From: Rhina ancylostomus | Taxonomy: Eukaryota | DNA length: 63,767 bases | Reading direction: 5' to 3' | NCBI GenBank assembly: GCA_030265395.1 | Contig: JARFYF010000112.1 | Location: forward strand, 36,587,729 to 36,651,495 | Part shown: positions 35,860 to 49,560 of the stretch, one piece after another | How positions within the stretch are numbered: position 1 is the first letter of the stretch | Layout of the letters: every line of letters starts with the position of its first letter | The notes under the pieces: generated by a model | Told to the model about the DNA's origin: nothing | Database searches by the model: none | Seen by the model: only the letters and a program-made list of their open reading frames with translations | Made by a program: the position numbers and the translations under genes

Positions 35860-36677
35860 CTGCAAGAGAAGAAGTTTACATTTCCAATTAGGCATTTAGT
35901 TCAGTAACAGACATGCAAAACATTAAACCAGACTGGTGAAATTGAAGGAAAAATCCACAAATTCATTTGAGATTTTCCAGAATCCTGCTTCAGAGACTTG
36001 AGCAGAGTCCAGGATGACATCCTATATGGTGCTGAGGGACTGCTGCAGCATTGAAGATGCTGTCAGACAATGTGTTACATCAAGGCTCTGCCTACCTGTT
36101 CTGTCCCATTTGTGACTTCAGACTCATGTGGATGACTATATTTTTGTTAATTCATTTTTTGGGACCTGAGCAGTGTGTCAATTCAAGCATTCATGGCCAG
36201 TCCCTAACTGCACTTGAGTTGTCATTTCATAGGACATTTAAGAGTTAAATCACAGAAAGTTCTATATAGGCCAGAACCGGAGAACAGATGGCAGATTTTG
36301 TTCCATCTGGTTTACTAATACCCAGAGTTTTTTTTACTGACAATCCAGTGATCATTAATCAAATCGTTGTTTCCAAAGTCCAGTTTATTTACCAAATTTA
36401 ACTTCCTCAGCTGCCATAGCAGAATTTGATCTTCAGTGTCTGGATCGTTAGTCGAGACCTCTGGATTACCAACCTGATAATGACTGCACCACCACCATCT
36501 CATGTACTCAAAGTCCCTCTGAAAGTGACCCAGCAACCAGTTTAAGTTTAATCAGGGATAAGCAATAAATGCTGATGTCACACAATCTCCCCAAAAATAT
36601 TTTTTTTTAAATTGCAAGGTTGTGGTTTGGCTTATTTTTCCATCTGTGAATCTCAAGCCCAGAGATTTGGGTCTTAC

Positions 36678-36772
36678 CTTGTATATTCTGATCCCACTAC
36701 TCTTGCATACTCAGCTCCAACTCCTAAGAGATCACATGCTGATACCAAATCTTTCTCTAATGTGTGCAGTTG
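36678..36772 (-). CDS. MAU2: MAU2 internal 95-nt exon
   Basis: A strong polypyrimidine acceptor (ttttttccctttttctggcag) precedes QLHTLEKDLVSACDLLGVGAEYARVVGSEYT(R), followed by donor gtaaga. The peptide matches vertebrate MAU2 as recalled. Confidence 0.95.
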
Positions 36773-37610
36773 CTGCCAGAAAAAGGGAAAAAAGGGAATT
36801 AAAGGATTGTATTAAATTCTTTCACTGCCTTTACAGTATAGAAATACATGGTGTATAATGAAGATCAGCTTCATCCATCAGGAGTCAACAGGCAGGGGAA
36901 ATGGAACACTGGATGCAGTGCATTGGGCAGCAGGACTGCCACCACCAACCAGGCCATTCCAGCCATGGTCCAGCCCTGATATCTGGAAACTGTCCATCAG
37001 AAGATCACTGGGCAGGAATAGCAAGTTGGACAATTTCCCTCAACAGTTGTGAAAATGCTGAAGTCAAATGTGAACCTTTCCAATAACCTCAAACACTGAA
37101 TGAGTGATTAATTTTTTTTTAAATTTACTTCGGTCTTTCTTTGGAATTTACCAGCAGCCAATCAACTCTCTTCTTCAATGAAAGTACTGGCCTGTTTCCA
37201 AACCTTTGCAATTATTTCTCTGTACTTTTCCATTCATTTATCTATTTCCCCACTTTAAATGCAATTGGTACTGCATCCAGTCAGCTTAATCCCTCTCACT
37301 TCTGGAAAACCTTACTCTGGAAAGATTTAGTTGAAATTCCAGCCACTGCTTCTCTGAATGCTCACTGTGAGGGGGATTGAAGCATTCAGTCTCCTCAAAA
37401 TTAGTTGCTTAGCCAACTATCAGAGAAAGCACTAGTTTGGTGCATTCAGTGCAGAACTAAGGGTGTGCTAGGCTGTTCAAAAGTCAAACCAAGATGTTGC
37501 TTTTCCTTCTGAGCTGGATGGCAAAGGCTCCATTGTACTATTTCAAAGAACAGGGATGTCCTTGTGACACAGATCACTATCCACCGTGGTTTGAGAGAAT
37601 ATGCTGTCGG

Positions 37611-37687
37611 TGTTACGAACCAGCAACAAAAGAAACACACCGAGACATGTATAAGTGTTTAAAAACTACTTTATTAATAACTACTTA
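37611..37687. mobile_element. LTR-like terminus truncated by a gap
   Basis: Begins TGTTACGA, has AATAAA on the minus strand, and runs into 100 N. Confidence 0.4.
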
Positions 37688-37860
37688 NNNNNNNNNNNNN
37701 NNNNNNNNNNNNNNNNNNNNNNNNNNNNNNNNNNNNNNNNNNNNNNNNNNNNNNNNNNNNNNNNNNNNNNNNNNNNNNNNNNNNNNNCTCCACACCTTGC
37801 CCATGTGTTGAGTAAGGTTTCATGCTGTGTTATTTTTGGCTCCTGCTTCCCCTCCATTTT

Positions 37861-38020
37861 GACAGGGCAGCAGTTCTCCCATGGTACTGCCCCCTGACGG
37901 TGCAGCACTCCCTCAGTACTGCCCCTCTGACAGTGCAGCACTCCCTCAGTACTGCCCCCTGACAGTGCAGCACTCCCTCAGTACTGCCCCTCTGACAGTG
38001 CAGCACTCCCTCAGTACTGC
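37861..38020. repeat. 32-33 bp tandem repeat derived from the DeuSINE core, about 5 copies
   Basis: gacagtgcagcactccctcagtactgcccc(t)ct units start at 37861 (degenerate), 37896, 37929, 37961 and 37994. Confidence 0.9.
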
Positions 38021-38029
38021 TGCTGTCGG

Positions 38030-38490
38030 ACATTTCCTCATAAGCTAACCTGTCCATCCTGGGTATTAGCCCATTAAACCTTGTCTGAACTGCTTCAATA
38101 CATTAGCATCATTCCATAAGCAAGGAGACTAATATAGTACACATTACTCTAGATGTGATCTCACCAAGTCCTATATATCTGAAGCATAACCTCCTTAGTT
38201 TTGTATTAAATTCCCCTCGCAATAAATGATAACATTCTGTTAACTTTCTTAATTAATTGCTGTGCCTGTGTATCCAAGCTCAGTAAATTGTGCACCAGAA
38301 CACCCAGATCTCTTTGAATCTCAAAGAGCTCTGTAAGACCTCACCAATTAGGTAATACATTTCATTTTTTATATTTTTCTGCCAAAATGGACATTTTCAC
38401 ATTTTCCAATATTACACTCCATTTGTTAAATCTTTGCCCATTTACTTAACCCATGTATACCCCTTTGTAGCCTCCTTATGTTTTCTTGAC
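38030..38490 (-). mobile_element. CR1 ORF2 RT fragment
   Basis: Related to 61950-62330 (tactctagatgtgatctcacc...aataaatgataacatt...acccagatc). Confidence 0.7.
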
Positions 38491-41400
38491 AACTCAGAGC
38501 CATGGAAAGAGTCCAGAGTTGGATTTTGCAAGTAAAGTTACATGATTCAATAATGGGAGGAGAGGCAAATGGGTGTGGGGGAATGTAGTGAGCAGTTGAA
38601 TGAGAGGGTTCAGCATGGAATAGCTGTGGGTGGGTGAATGCAGAGCACTGAAAACACTGTCTTGGCCTTCTAGCTGGAGAACCTCCCAGTCTCTGTTTAT
38701 AGTGTTATATTTTTTTCAAAAAAGAGTTGTTACCCTGGCAACTCTGCAATGGGGTAGGAAGGGCTTCCCTGAATGCTAGCTGAAATAAGTACTGGAGCTC
38801 ACTCCAGAATAATGCACCAGTACCCCTGGGTCTTCCATCCTCTTCATTCCTCACCCCCACAGGCCAAACACAGTGCCTTCAGTACTAACACCCACCACAC
38901 ACAGCAGCCTTCAGTTCCCCTTTTTCCTGTAGCTCTCCACAGTAAGTGAAGATGAAGGTTCCTGACTCTCGTTCTCCTCTCCAGAGGCTACGGCACATCT
39001 CCACAGCTCCAGTGGCCTCCCTCTGATTGGTCACAGCTGCAGATAGAACTCCAGTCTGTCACCAGCCAACCCGACAGTTCCTGGTGGGACAGTGTGGAAG
39101 GAGATTCACTCTGTTTCTAACCACATTCTCTCTTTTTGCTTTGACAGTGTAGAGAGGGAGTTTTGCTCTGCTTCGAACCTTTCTTTCTCTTTTTATTATC
39201 AGAGTAGATGGACCTTTACACTACACCCAAACCTTTCTATCAACCAACTGCATCAATTTGCTTTCAAATCTAAAGAATCTAAAATACTGATCCTGGGAGT
39301 GATTGACAGGTCAGTAAGAAGAGAAGTTTACACTGTACACTTCTCTCAATTTTTTATCTGATCAGCATTTTTATCCCTTTTTTGAACAACATTCTATTTA
39401 AATTAAAACATTACAACCTTATCCAGCTTCTGTGGTGCTCACTGGTCCCAGAAGGCCCCCAGCGAGCCAGTGGACACCTCGTGCTCCCTCTCCAGTGATA
39501 CCTGGGTATGGACCTATCTTTGGAAGAAGGGCAGGCAGTTGGCTCGGACAGAGCCTTTCACAGCCCACTGCCCGGACCTGAGAATGGCCACCTTGCTCAG
39601 CCCCAGGAGCAAACTGACAAGAAGGTCTGGTTGTCTTTGTGGTCAGTGTACAAGTGAACTGTCTTTCAGTGACCGACCAGGTTCACCCCTTCCCAGCTAC
39701 AGCACCTTCATATCTGGCAGGTCATCTTTTGATGGCCAAACTCTTCTGGTCCTCATCAGCTGTCTTCCCATACTCCCCTTTATTCTCTAGCTAAAGTTCA
39801 TGATATCTAGCTCCCCAACCCCAAACACATTTCTTCCCACCACTTCCACCCGCCCTCCCCTCGCGGCCATTCATTTCCCATGCAAATCCTGCTTGTTAAG
39901 TCTCAGGACAGAATGCAAAGGTTCACTTCAAACTACGTCATCATTTCTATGGATCAGCCCCACATTTGCCAAGTAAAATTTCAATAGGTCAATGGATCTG
40001 CAATTAGGTTGTATCACTTTATAAAATACATCGGTGACTCTAGCTCACAAGAGAGTTTGCTACTTTGAATCACCACCACCTCCACCACTTTGGTTTTACT
40101 ATTTCTATGTTTGCTGCAAGCTCACGGATTGAACCACTGAGTGAACCTGTCCACTGTCATTGAGGGAATGTCATTCTGCTGAAGTGTATAGTTGGGGAAA
40201 GCTCTGAGTTTTTCAATGTTCTGAAAGGATGGTGTATGAGTATACTGTTGTCAGTATTCTGATCTTAACACCTTCAAAGGCTGATGGAGGCAAAGCCAGA
40301 CTTGGCAAAACTGCAGTTGTCATTTATGTGTTGACTCAGAGCATAGAACATAGAACAGTACAGCACAATACAGGCCCTTTGGCCCACAATGTTGTGTTGA
40401 CCTTTAAACCTCGCCTAAGACTATCTAACCCCTTCCNNNNNNNNNNNNNNNNNNNNNNNNNNNNNNNNNNNNNNNNNNNNNNNNNNNNNNNNNNNNNNNN
40501 NNNNNNNNNNNNNNNNNNNNNNNNNNNNNNNNNNNNCCATCTGAACTACTTTTTCTCTTACCTAGCTGCAGTCGACTTAAAAGTTATAACAATAAAAGTA
40601 AACCTTACCTTTACTTCCCAGCTACTCACCAGTGTTGTTGCTGATGGCCTCCGCCTCTTGATGCCGAAGCCTGTTGTGCCAAAGCCACTCGCTCTGACTC
40701 TGTCCAGTCCAACAATGGCCGCTCCAAAATGGCCACCCCGCTAGACACGACCTCCTTTTTATTGGCCCTTCTAAATTAGCCAAGACCTGTGAGGGACCTG
40801 CTGCTCCTTGGTCTCTCAGCTCCTGATTGTAAACTTTGTTGCAGCCAGACCAGAGAGGTACAGTGAAAGTAACAGATAGTTACACTCCAACTCCACCCTG
40901 ATTGTGATGCTGTACGAATGATACCTCCAGCATCTCCTTCAGCTCACAGCCTGATTGAAGAGCTTGTTTAAAAACTTCAAGATTCCTCATGGCATGATGG
41001 AGTATTAAGCGTGATCTAATTTTATCCAGATGACTGACCCTTTTAATGAAGGTTTGGTAATGCGTTCCTATTGCAGGTTTAGCCACAGTCCCTCAGTCCA
41101 GCCATGATCCAAGCACTTGAGTCCAGAGACACATCCCGAAACTCTCACAGTTTACACCAGCATCTGAAGGCAGCTGTTCATTTTCTGCATGAGAGGCTGA
41201 GTGACAGATGGCCGAGGGAGGGCTGGGGAGTAGACCAGGAAATGGTACTGCCACCAGGCTACAGCCATATGGGAAATCTGCCTGGGACGGTGCAGCTACA
41301 GGGAGTGGGGTTTATGCTACAGAAGGGGAGGTGGGGGAAGGAAGGGAAGGAAGTTGGCCAGTCCTCTGTGTGACCCATGACCCCCCAGATCAGGGAAGTG

Positions 41401-41811
41401 GCTGACCTATGAATGCTCCCATTATGCCCTCTTGTGACCAAATAACCTCCTTCCACATAAAAAATCTGATGTCAACCAGTGGAGAGCTGGTTTTCAATTA
41501 CTTTGAAATCCTTGAGAATCCTGGAAGGCCTTGATCCTGGCTGCGATTATAAGCTCCTGATTGAGAAACCCCAATGTGCAAGGAGTAGGAAGAAGCTAAA
41601 GTATGCTTGGAAAGAGAAGAATTGCTGAGCTGGGGGCAGTGGTTGGGGAATGGGTCTGTTGGATGATCAAAGACTAGAAGGATCTTCTGAGCTGCAACAA
41701 TATCCTTCCAGTCATTAAAATTCTTCAGGAATTTGAGAGTTCATTCAACTGCATGCTTGAATTCACAATACATGTAGATTGTACAGGGAGCGGTGTAGGG
41801 AATGTTTTGTC

Positions 41812-41850
41812 CAGTCCTGATGAAAGGGTCTCAGCCCGAAACGTCAGCTG
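41812..41850 (+). ncRNA. Minimal type I hammerhead-ribozyme motif in a Penelope terminal repeat (probably mutated)
   Basis: cagtc-CTGATGA(41817-41823)-aa-GGGT ctca GCCC-GAAA(41838-41841)-C-GTC-agctg, inside a Penelope-type terminus at about 41810-41945. Stem I 3' strand is imperfect and there are extra As after the core. Confidence 0.6.
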
Positions 41851-42185
41851 CTTATTTCCCTCCATAGATGCTGCCTGAGCTGTTGAGCTCCTCCAGCACT
41901 TTATGTGCATTGCTCCAAATTCCAGCATCTGCAAAATTCCTTGTGTCAATGTTTTGCTGGTGGTTATCACCTGGCTAATTGGAGACAGCCTTTAACCTAA
42001 CCAAGGGTTTTCAGAGCCACACAACAGATCTTCAATCAGAATCTGGAGCCAATGAGATGTAATAATTGTTGCTATCAAATTCCTGTAGCTGGGAGGAGGT
42101 GAACCTGGTTAGTTACTGAAAGGCAGATCACTGGTATACTGACCACAAGGACAGCTATAAGTATGCAGGTTTAACCTTGTAACTC

Positions 42186-42252
<67 letters not shown>

Positions 42253-42253
42253 G
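42186..42253. repeat. (GA)n/(GACA)n microsatellite
   Basis: Directly visible repeat. Confidence 0.95.
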
Positions 42254-44124
42254 TCATAAGGTCAAAGTCAAAGTTGAGTTGACTGTCATATGCACAAGCG
42301 CATCACAGAAGCATCACAGGCACATAGCATCATATAAGCAGCATTCACAAGAACATATAAATTTAACATAAATTATACACAATTTTTAAAAGAACGAACA
42401 CAATTAAAAAAAAACTAAGTCTATTTGATTGCAAAGTGATCAAAGTGGTCATTGTGTTGCTATACTGTAGTGATTAAGGTTGTGCCAGTTGGTTAGATAT
42501 CAAAGGTGCAGTGTTAACCACATTTTCAAGCTATTGTAGTCTCTTAACTTAAGCAAAGGTAGATTATCACAAAATAAGAAATTCTGGTTCATTGTCAGAT
42601 ATTAAATCCATGTGTGGAGTCCTTGTACACCTGCAGGTGGTTCAATCCTTGCCTGTTGCCACACTAAAGCAAGTACAACGTTCTCTTGAAGGTGATGCTT
42701 GAGGAGGCTTCATCATCACAGGAAGGGAGATAAGTGTTAGGCTGTTGTTCCCACATAATGCCGGTAGTTATTTTTTTGTAATTCCCAAATCACTTCACAC
42801 AGAACAATACGGTGTCCAGATGAAAGTGAGTTTCAAATTGAGGATAATTGAACAATGGCACAAAGGTAAGACAGTGAGTGTGACTCTTCTATCAGCTGCA
42901 ACTGTGGACAGGGATATTTATGATGGTAACATCATTGGGAAGTGGAATAGAGACATAGGTTGCTCCTGCTGTCAGGATCTCCCGCTCTGCTAGATATTGG
43001 ATATCTGCCAATCCTTTTGGCACAAACTGTAAATGAGACAAATGAGTGCAAGGTAGGAATACAGCAAGCCTGCTGCACATTCATTACCAGGGTGAGGAAA
43101 CTCCATGAATGAAGCTTGGATGTGTACCACTTTGAGAATTGTAATGTGTGACCATCTGCTTCCAATGTGTTGATAAATGTTTCAGTGTGGAACCTAATGA
43201 TGTGCCTGATCTTTCTTTCTCTTTTAATGGGGAGTCCCAGGCCCCTGTGCACACAGTACCAGAAACATGAGCAAAGTACTTCTTGTTGATTATTGGACAC
43301 AATCTTTATTTAACATTTAGCTTACAACTGACAGAAGACAATGCAGCTTGGTAACAGCGGAGCACCCATTAAAATGATAAGTTCCTGAGCAATATCTTGC
43401 CTTTGAGTGCTGGTTCTGGGTCCTCGCTGTCCTGGCTTCCATCTGCTTGGTTCTGTCCCTCTGACCTAAATTTCCTCAACATATATTCCCTCTCATCCTT
43501 TTACTGCAGATGGTGATAACAATTGTCCATCTTTAAGCAATGAACTGTTTATCCCTGTTAGAAAATCACCATAATTAAAATATCAGCTGACCATTCTTAT
43601 GCCACCAGCCTTGATTAGATCTTTATTAACTATTTTACACATACATCTGCATCAAATCCCACTGCATTGGGGTCCATATCTTTATTTCCTATCCATCCCC
43701 CACCTTGTGCTACCCCTACATCATGAACTTCTGTCAACCTTAATCCTTGCTGAGTGGAGGTATTATGGGAAATCCAATAACATATTGCTGTTGTTATGTT
43801 GTCTCTATTTCCCACACATTCTTTATGGTTTAATACCTAAATACCTTAATGGTTTGATTGGCCAAAGTATGGTATGGCAATTGGCTAGTATTTCTCCATC
43901 ATTTAATAGTTCTAAATTTTCCTTTAATTATTCTGTGTCCAATTGCTATACATACCACAATGTCCAACTTTGTTGCCTATTACTGTCTTCCTGCCCTGTC
44001 TGGGTTGTTTCATTCACAGTTTGCCATACCCTCCCAAAATCTTTAGCACATCTTTCCCAGGACCTGCTGCCTCATGTCAATATTTCTCCTGATTATCACC
44101 CATAACCCTTACCTAATGGGTCAG

Positions 44125-44522
44125 AAACCTTAGAACGATGGAGGTTGAGGGGAGACCTGATAGAGGTTTACAAAATTAGCAGAGGCATAGATAGACGGCT
44201 GGTATGTTTTTCCCAGAGTTAATATGTCTAATACTAGAGGGCATGCATTTAAGGTGAGAGGAGGTAAGTTCAAAGGAGATGTGTGGGGCAAGAGAGTGGT
44301 GGGTGCCTGGAATGCGCTGCCAGGGGTGGTGGTGGAGGCAGATATGATCAAGGCGCTTAAGAGGCTTTCAGATAGGCACATGAACGTGCAGAGAATGGAG
44401 AGATACGGACATTGTGTAGGCAGAAGGGTTTTATTTAGTTAAGCATTTAATTGCTAGTTTAATTAGTTCGGCACAACACCATGGGCTGAAGCGTCTTTTC
44501 TTGCACTGTACTATGTTCTACA
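44125..44522 (+). mobile_element. CR1 LINE 3' end
   Basis: LE..RLRGDLIEVYKI...TRGHAFKVRGGKFKGDV..RVVGAWNALP, the CR1 ORF2 C-terminus. Confidence 0.9.
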
Positions 44523-45204
44523 TTCTTGTTAGTAGCTTGTATACCAGGGCATTATCCAATGACACCTCTGCACTATATATGGTACCAACATCATTTCATC
44601 CTTGTTTTAGCTGCATCATTGTACTTCCGTACTTACTGTACCAGTAATTTTTGTATCCAAACTGTGGGTCACCTGGTCACCCTGGTGCAGATATACAGAA
44701 CATAGAACATAGATAGAATGGTATAGTACAGGAACAGACCCTTTGGTCCACCATGTCTGCACTGACCGTGATGCCAAATTTATCTAATCTCTTCTGTCTG
44801 CATGAGGTCTATCCCCATCTGTTTCATGCCTGTTCATGCATCCGCACTCACATATCCAAAGTCTTGAAAACCTTATTGGGAGCCCTCATTCCTAACCCAG
44901 ATTTTTCATTTCCCCTGTGTAACAGGCTCATTCTGTTCTGGCCTGTATCAGGCCAACATATCACCCTCTTGTGGATGAAGCCATTCATAGACCTGTTTAG
45001 TCCACAATATTCCTTGCCCCAGGTGGGTTTGTTAAAGCCACTCCAGTCACTAAGAATAAAACATATTATGGCTAATCTGTGCCTGGGAACCACAACATCA
45101 ATAGTCCTGTATCCTGTTGTGATCCCCTTATGCAGTATTCTTTGTGTCTCCAACCTACCCAGACAGTAATAACACTCTTCTTTTACATTCTACTGGTATC
45201 TTCT

Positions 45205-46620
45205 CAACAATATTTTTTATTAATTCCAGATAGAAAATACAAAGTACATGAAGCAAAAGAAAAAACATGTTACAAAATACATTGTATTGAGTCACACTTG
45301 AAATCACAATACCTCATATTGATAAACAGAAATGATAACTAATTAATACTAATAAATTGGAATCATTTTATTATAAAAATAAATCTAAACCCACAACCAA
45401 GACCGAAGCTGTTTGGTAAAAAAAAGACCAAAAAAAAGCCCTAAAGACATAATAGTATTAGCCAATATCTGTACTTTAAGCACCAAATCAATGGTTTCGA
45501 AAGTAGTTCAAAAAAGGTCCCCACAATATTTGAAAGTCCAAATTAGATCCAGAAATTGAACAACAGATCTTATCTAAATTTAGATATGACATAACATCCC
45601 GTAGCCATTGAACATGAGTGAGGGCAGTAACTTCCTTCCATTTAAGCAACACAACACTCCTGGCTATAAGAGAAACAAAATTATATCTTTTTCTCCAACA
45701 ATCCCAAATAATGCAGTTAAAGGATTTGGCTTAAAATTTATTATCAAAAAAAACAGAAAAAGTTTGAAATACATCTCTCCAGTATTTTTTAAGATTCTGA
45801 CATGTCCAAAACATGTGAATTAAAGAAGCCTCTCTGTTCTTGCAATTATCACAATCAGGAGATACATCCAAATAAAAATGTGATAACTTGTCTTTGGACA
45901 GGTGAGCTCTATGGACCACTTTAAATTGAAGGAGGAAGTGACATGCACATAATAATGAAGTATTAAACAATTTAAAAATTTTAATCAAAGTGTCCTCAGA
46001 AATTGACATCTGCAAGTCATGTTCCCAAGCATTTTTAATTTTGCCTAAAGGAGCCTTATTCATTCCTGATAACCAGCCATAAATCTTAGATATTGATCCA
46101 TCATACAAAGGCTTCAAATTAAAAATTGCATCTAGTAAATTCTTATCAGGACTTATAGGGGATATATGTACTTGAGATCGGAGAAAGTCTCTGATTTGCA
46201 AATATTGGCAAAAGTGAGTTTTTGGTAAATTGTATTTAATTGACAACTGTTAAAACTTCCTCCAACAAATAGATCCTGGAAAGAAGTAATACATAATCTA
46301 TCCCATTCTTTAAAAACTACGTCAGTCATAGAAGGTTTAAAAAAAAATTAGAAAAAATGGGACTAGACAAAGAAAATCGCGATAAACCATAATATTTTCT
46401 AAATTGTAATCAAATCCTCAAGAGTGTTTAACTACCAAATTATCAGTTAATTTATTAAATGATACAGGTAGTGAAAAGCAAAGCTTCCAAAGAAACCCAT
46501 ACTGGACAAGCCTCATGATTAATATAATGTAACCAAAACGTAAGATTTCATATGTTGACTGCCCAGTAATAGAACCTAAAATTGGGTAAGGCAAAGCCTC
46601 CATTATTTTTAAATCCAGAA
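45205..46620 (-). mobile_element. L1 ORF2 C-terminus and 3' UTR (inverted relative to 26060-27235)
   Basis: ORF 45731-46246: KYNLPKTHFCQYLQIRDF...CDNCKNREASLIHMFWTC. Confidence 0.88.
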
Positions 46621-47689
46621 CTTAGGTGATGTGAAATTAATATTTAATTGCTTAATATATTCAATATCATGTTACTCACTAACAGCCCATTTAAATTAAA
46701 TGGATTATACCTCCTTTAAAAGAGCATACATTGGAATTTTATACAATTAGCACTAAGGGTGCAGTCATATCTTGGCAATAGTTTGTTGTGACTCACAATA
46801 CCTAGAATTCATTTACACAACAGTTAAAAACAGCTTTACACAGAAAAAATCTATAGTAATAACTCAGAACTAACTCATCTTTTACATGTTTCTGAATCAG
46901 TCAATGGTTGTCATTAATATTGGACTATGCTGCAACATCCAAAATTCACTTTTCCTGAGCTTTTCAACCACATTGGTCTGAACCACATCTTTGATATTTT
47001 TCCAAGTCCCCTCCTGAGACAAAGTAACATTCTGCTATTTGATCCCATCAAAGAGACCTCACATTCACCTATCACTCATCCTGCAGCAATTTGCAGAATA
47101 ACAGCATTGCCCAACAATTACACAGTTATATTCAGAGAATCATGTAGGGCATTTCACAGAAATTCCTGCAGGGATTCATGATCAAACAAGTTCTTCTGAC
47201 TTAAAATTTATGCTGGAAATACATAGGAGATTAGAGAACCTCTCCTCAGAATCTGCCTGACGTGCTGAATAATTTCACTATTTTCTGTTTCTTTTTGTTA
47301 AGATTTCCAACATCTGTATGATTTTGTTTTTGAAATGTAATCAACATATAAATTGCAACATAGCATTTGGGAACACAGGCTCCCACCAACTGCAACGTGA
47401 CAATGACCAAGTAATCCATGTTGGATCCATTGCTTGCAGGATAGACAGGAACCCAAGGAGATTTCTCATCTTCAGTATATGATCAGTTCCATTTAGGAAG
47501 CATGTTTAAACATTTCATCCATAAGAAAAAAATAAAGAACATTGGAAGAACTTTGCAGGTCAAGCAACATTTGTGAAGGCAAAAGATGTAAGTCAATGTT
47601 TTGAGTCAAGACCCTGCATTAGGACTGAGAGGGAGCAGACTGATTGTCAGTATAGAGCAGTATGAAGGAGGGGTGGGACAGAAGCCGGT

Positions 47690-48285
47690 AGAGGCGGGAC
47701 AGAGACAGGTTTTTCCCTTACGGGATTGGCCCGGGAGCCGTTGGAGCAGCGTGTCTCTAACAGGTAGGGGCTGAGTATTTAAAACAAAGTGTTGACTGGT
47801 TGATTAGAGGGAGTGAGTACTCGAGATAATTGGCAGGGACAAATATAAGGAGGGGTAACTGAAGAGGAGCAGCCAGTGTGTTAGTGGCTTAGGGTAGGAG
47901 TGGAACTCTGAGGCTTTGGCTCAAGAGGTTTCGAAGAGCAGAGGCTGAGGAGGAGCTTGCTCCCAGAGAGGTAAGGCCAGTAAGTTCCTTCATTTTAATT
48001 AACTTAGGAGTAGTTAATGAAGGCAGTGTTTAGGGCAGTCATGTGGTCAGTATGTGGGAAGTCAAGGACAGCACACTTGTCCCTGTAAAAGGTGCATCCA
48101 ACTGCAGCTCCTGACAAACTGAGTTCAGGAACTGGAGCTGGATGAACTTCAGATCATTCTTGAGACAGAGGCAGAAGTAGACAGGAGTTTCAGGGAGATA
48201 GTCACCCCTAGAAGTCATGAGGCAGGTAGCTGGGTGACTATCAGGAAAGGGAAGGGGTATAGGCATGCAGAGCACCCCTGTGGCT
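47690..48285 (+). mobile_element. CR1 5' UTR and ORF1 fragment
   Basis: gtatgtgggaagtcaagg...ggtgcatccaactgcagctcctgac...gaactggagctg resembles the MWE...C.QLQLL...ELE segment of the CR1 ORF1 zinc finger/leucine zipper. Confidence 0.7.
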
Positions 48286-48479
48286 NNNNNNNNNNNNNNN
48301 NNNNNNNNNNNNNNNNNNNNNNNNNNNNNNNNNNNNNNNNNNNNNNNNNNNNNNNNNNNNNNNNNNNNNNNNNNNNNNNNNNNNNCCTCCCACCGCCCAA
48401 AGACAGAAAGCCGACCAATAGAAAGCCGACAGCTCTAACTACAGACAGTGTTTACCCAAGTAGCTTGCCCTTTATCTTT

Positions 48480-49560
48480 CAAGGTTAGGTATACTCAACC
48501 CAGTCAAAACAGTAATTTGAAAAAATCAGTTTCAAAATCATAGAATAACAAGTATCCTTGTTAGTTTATTAATAAAAAAACCTTAAAAGAACATATATGA
48601 AATAACATATCAAAAGAAAGGTCAAAAATCAAAATACATAAACATTCAAAGTATTAGTAAGGGGTTATCAAAAGTAAAGAAATAAGTGTTCATGAAGAAA
48701 ATTACGGAGTCATTCAATCTTCAGATTCCAGAAAATCCTGGGCATCTCCAGCCGAGCTAATCCACTTCTGCAATCCATTTTTCAGAATAATTCTAAGCTT
48801 TGCACGGTAACGGAGGGACGGGTTAAAACCACTTGTTGTACAGCTCCAACGTGACCTTTTTGAATTTAACATGTTCATTCATAACCTCAGGTGAGAAATC
48901 TTCAACAATTCTGATCTTGTAATCTTGGTAGTTAATCATTCCTCTTCAATGGTAGTAACGAATTATAAGGTCCTTAATTTGAAAGTCGTGCCGAGAAATA
49001 ATAACTGTCCTGGGTTTATCTTCCAAAGGAGGTTTCTACACTGGTGATCTATGTGCTTGATCAATCTTAGGCAAAGATTTTAAAATAGTAGGAAATAATT
49101 GAGCCCAAAACGTTTGTAAAGAATTCTGTAGGCTGGTTACCTTCCACCAGCTCCTTGAAACCCAAAATATGAAGATTGTTTCTTCTAGTTCTGTTTTTTT
49201 TCAATTTATTTAGATTGCTTTTTACAAAGCTTTTCCAAATCATCGATTTTCTCATCCAAAACCAAAAGAGTCGCTTCATTCTCTTTAATCCATTCATCAT
49301 GATCATGTAAAGTTTCTTGGATAGAGTCCAGCTTAGAATTAATCTGTTGAAGTTGCCTTTGAAATTGATCAAATTTCTCGGAAGAATCATCTATATGTTT
49401 TTGAAGCAATTGTAAAATAGATTCCAGAGATACAGGAGGGTTATCTTCCTTGGTAGTTTTATCACCTTTGGCACTCCTCGTAGTCATGGTAAAGTAATAT
49501 TACATTTGGAGAAAAGTTTCAGACGGGGTTGAAAAAGTTAGATAAGTAGGACCAACAGCA
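48480..49560 (-). mobile_element. L1 ORF1 (coiled coil plus RRM), frameshifted
   Basis: ORFs 49206-49487 (heptad coiled coil) and 49067-49390 (NRTRRNNLHILGFKELVEG, the L1 ORF1p RRxN motif). Confidence 0.85.
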
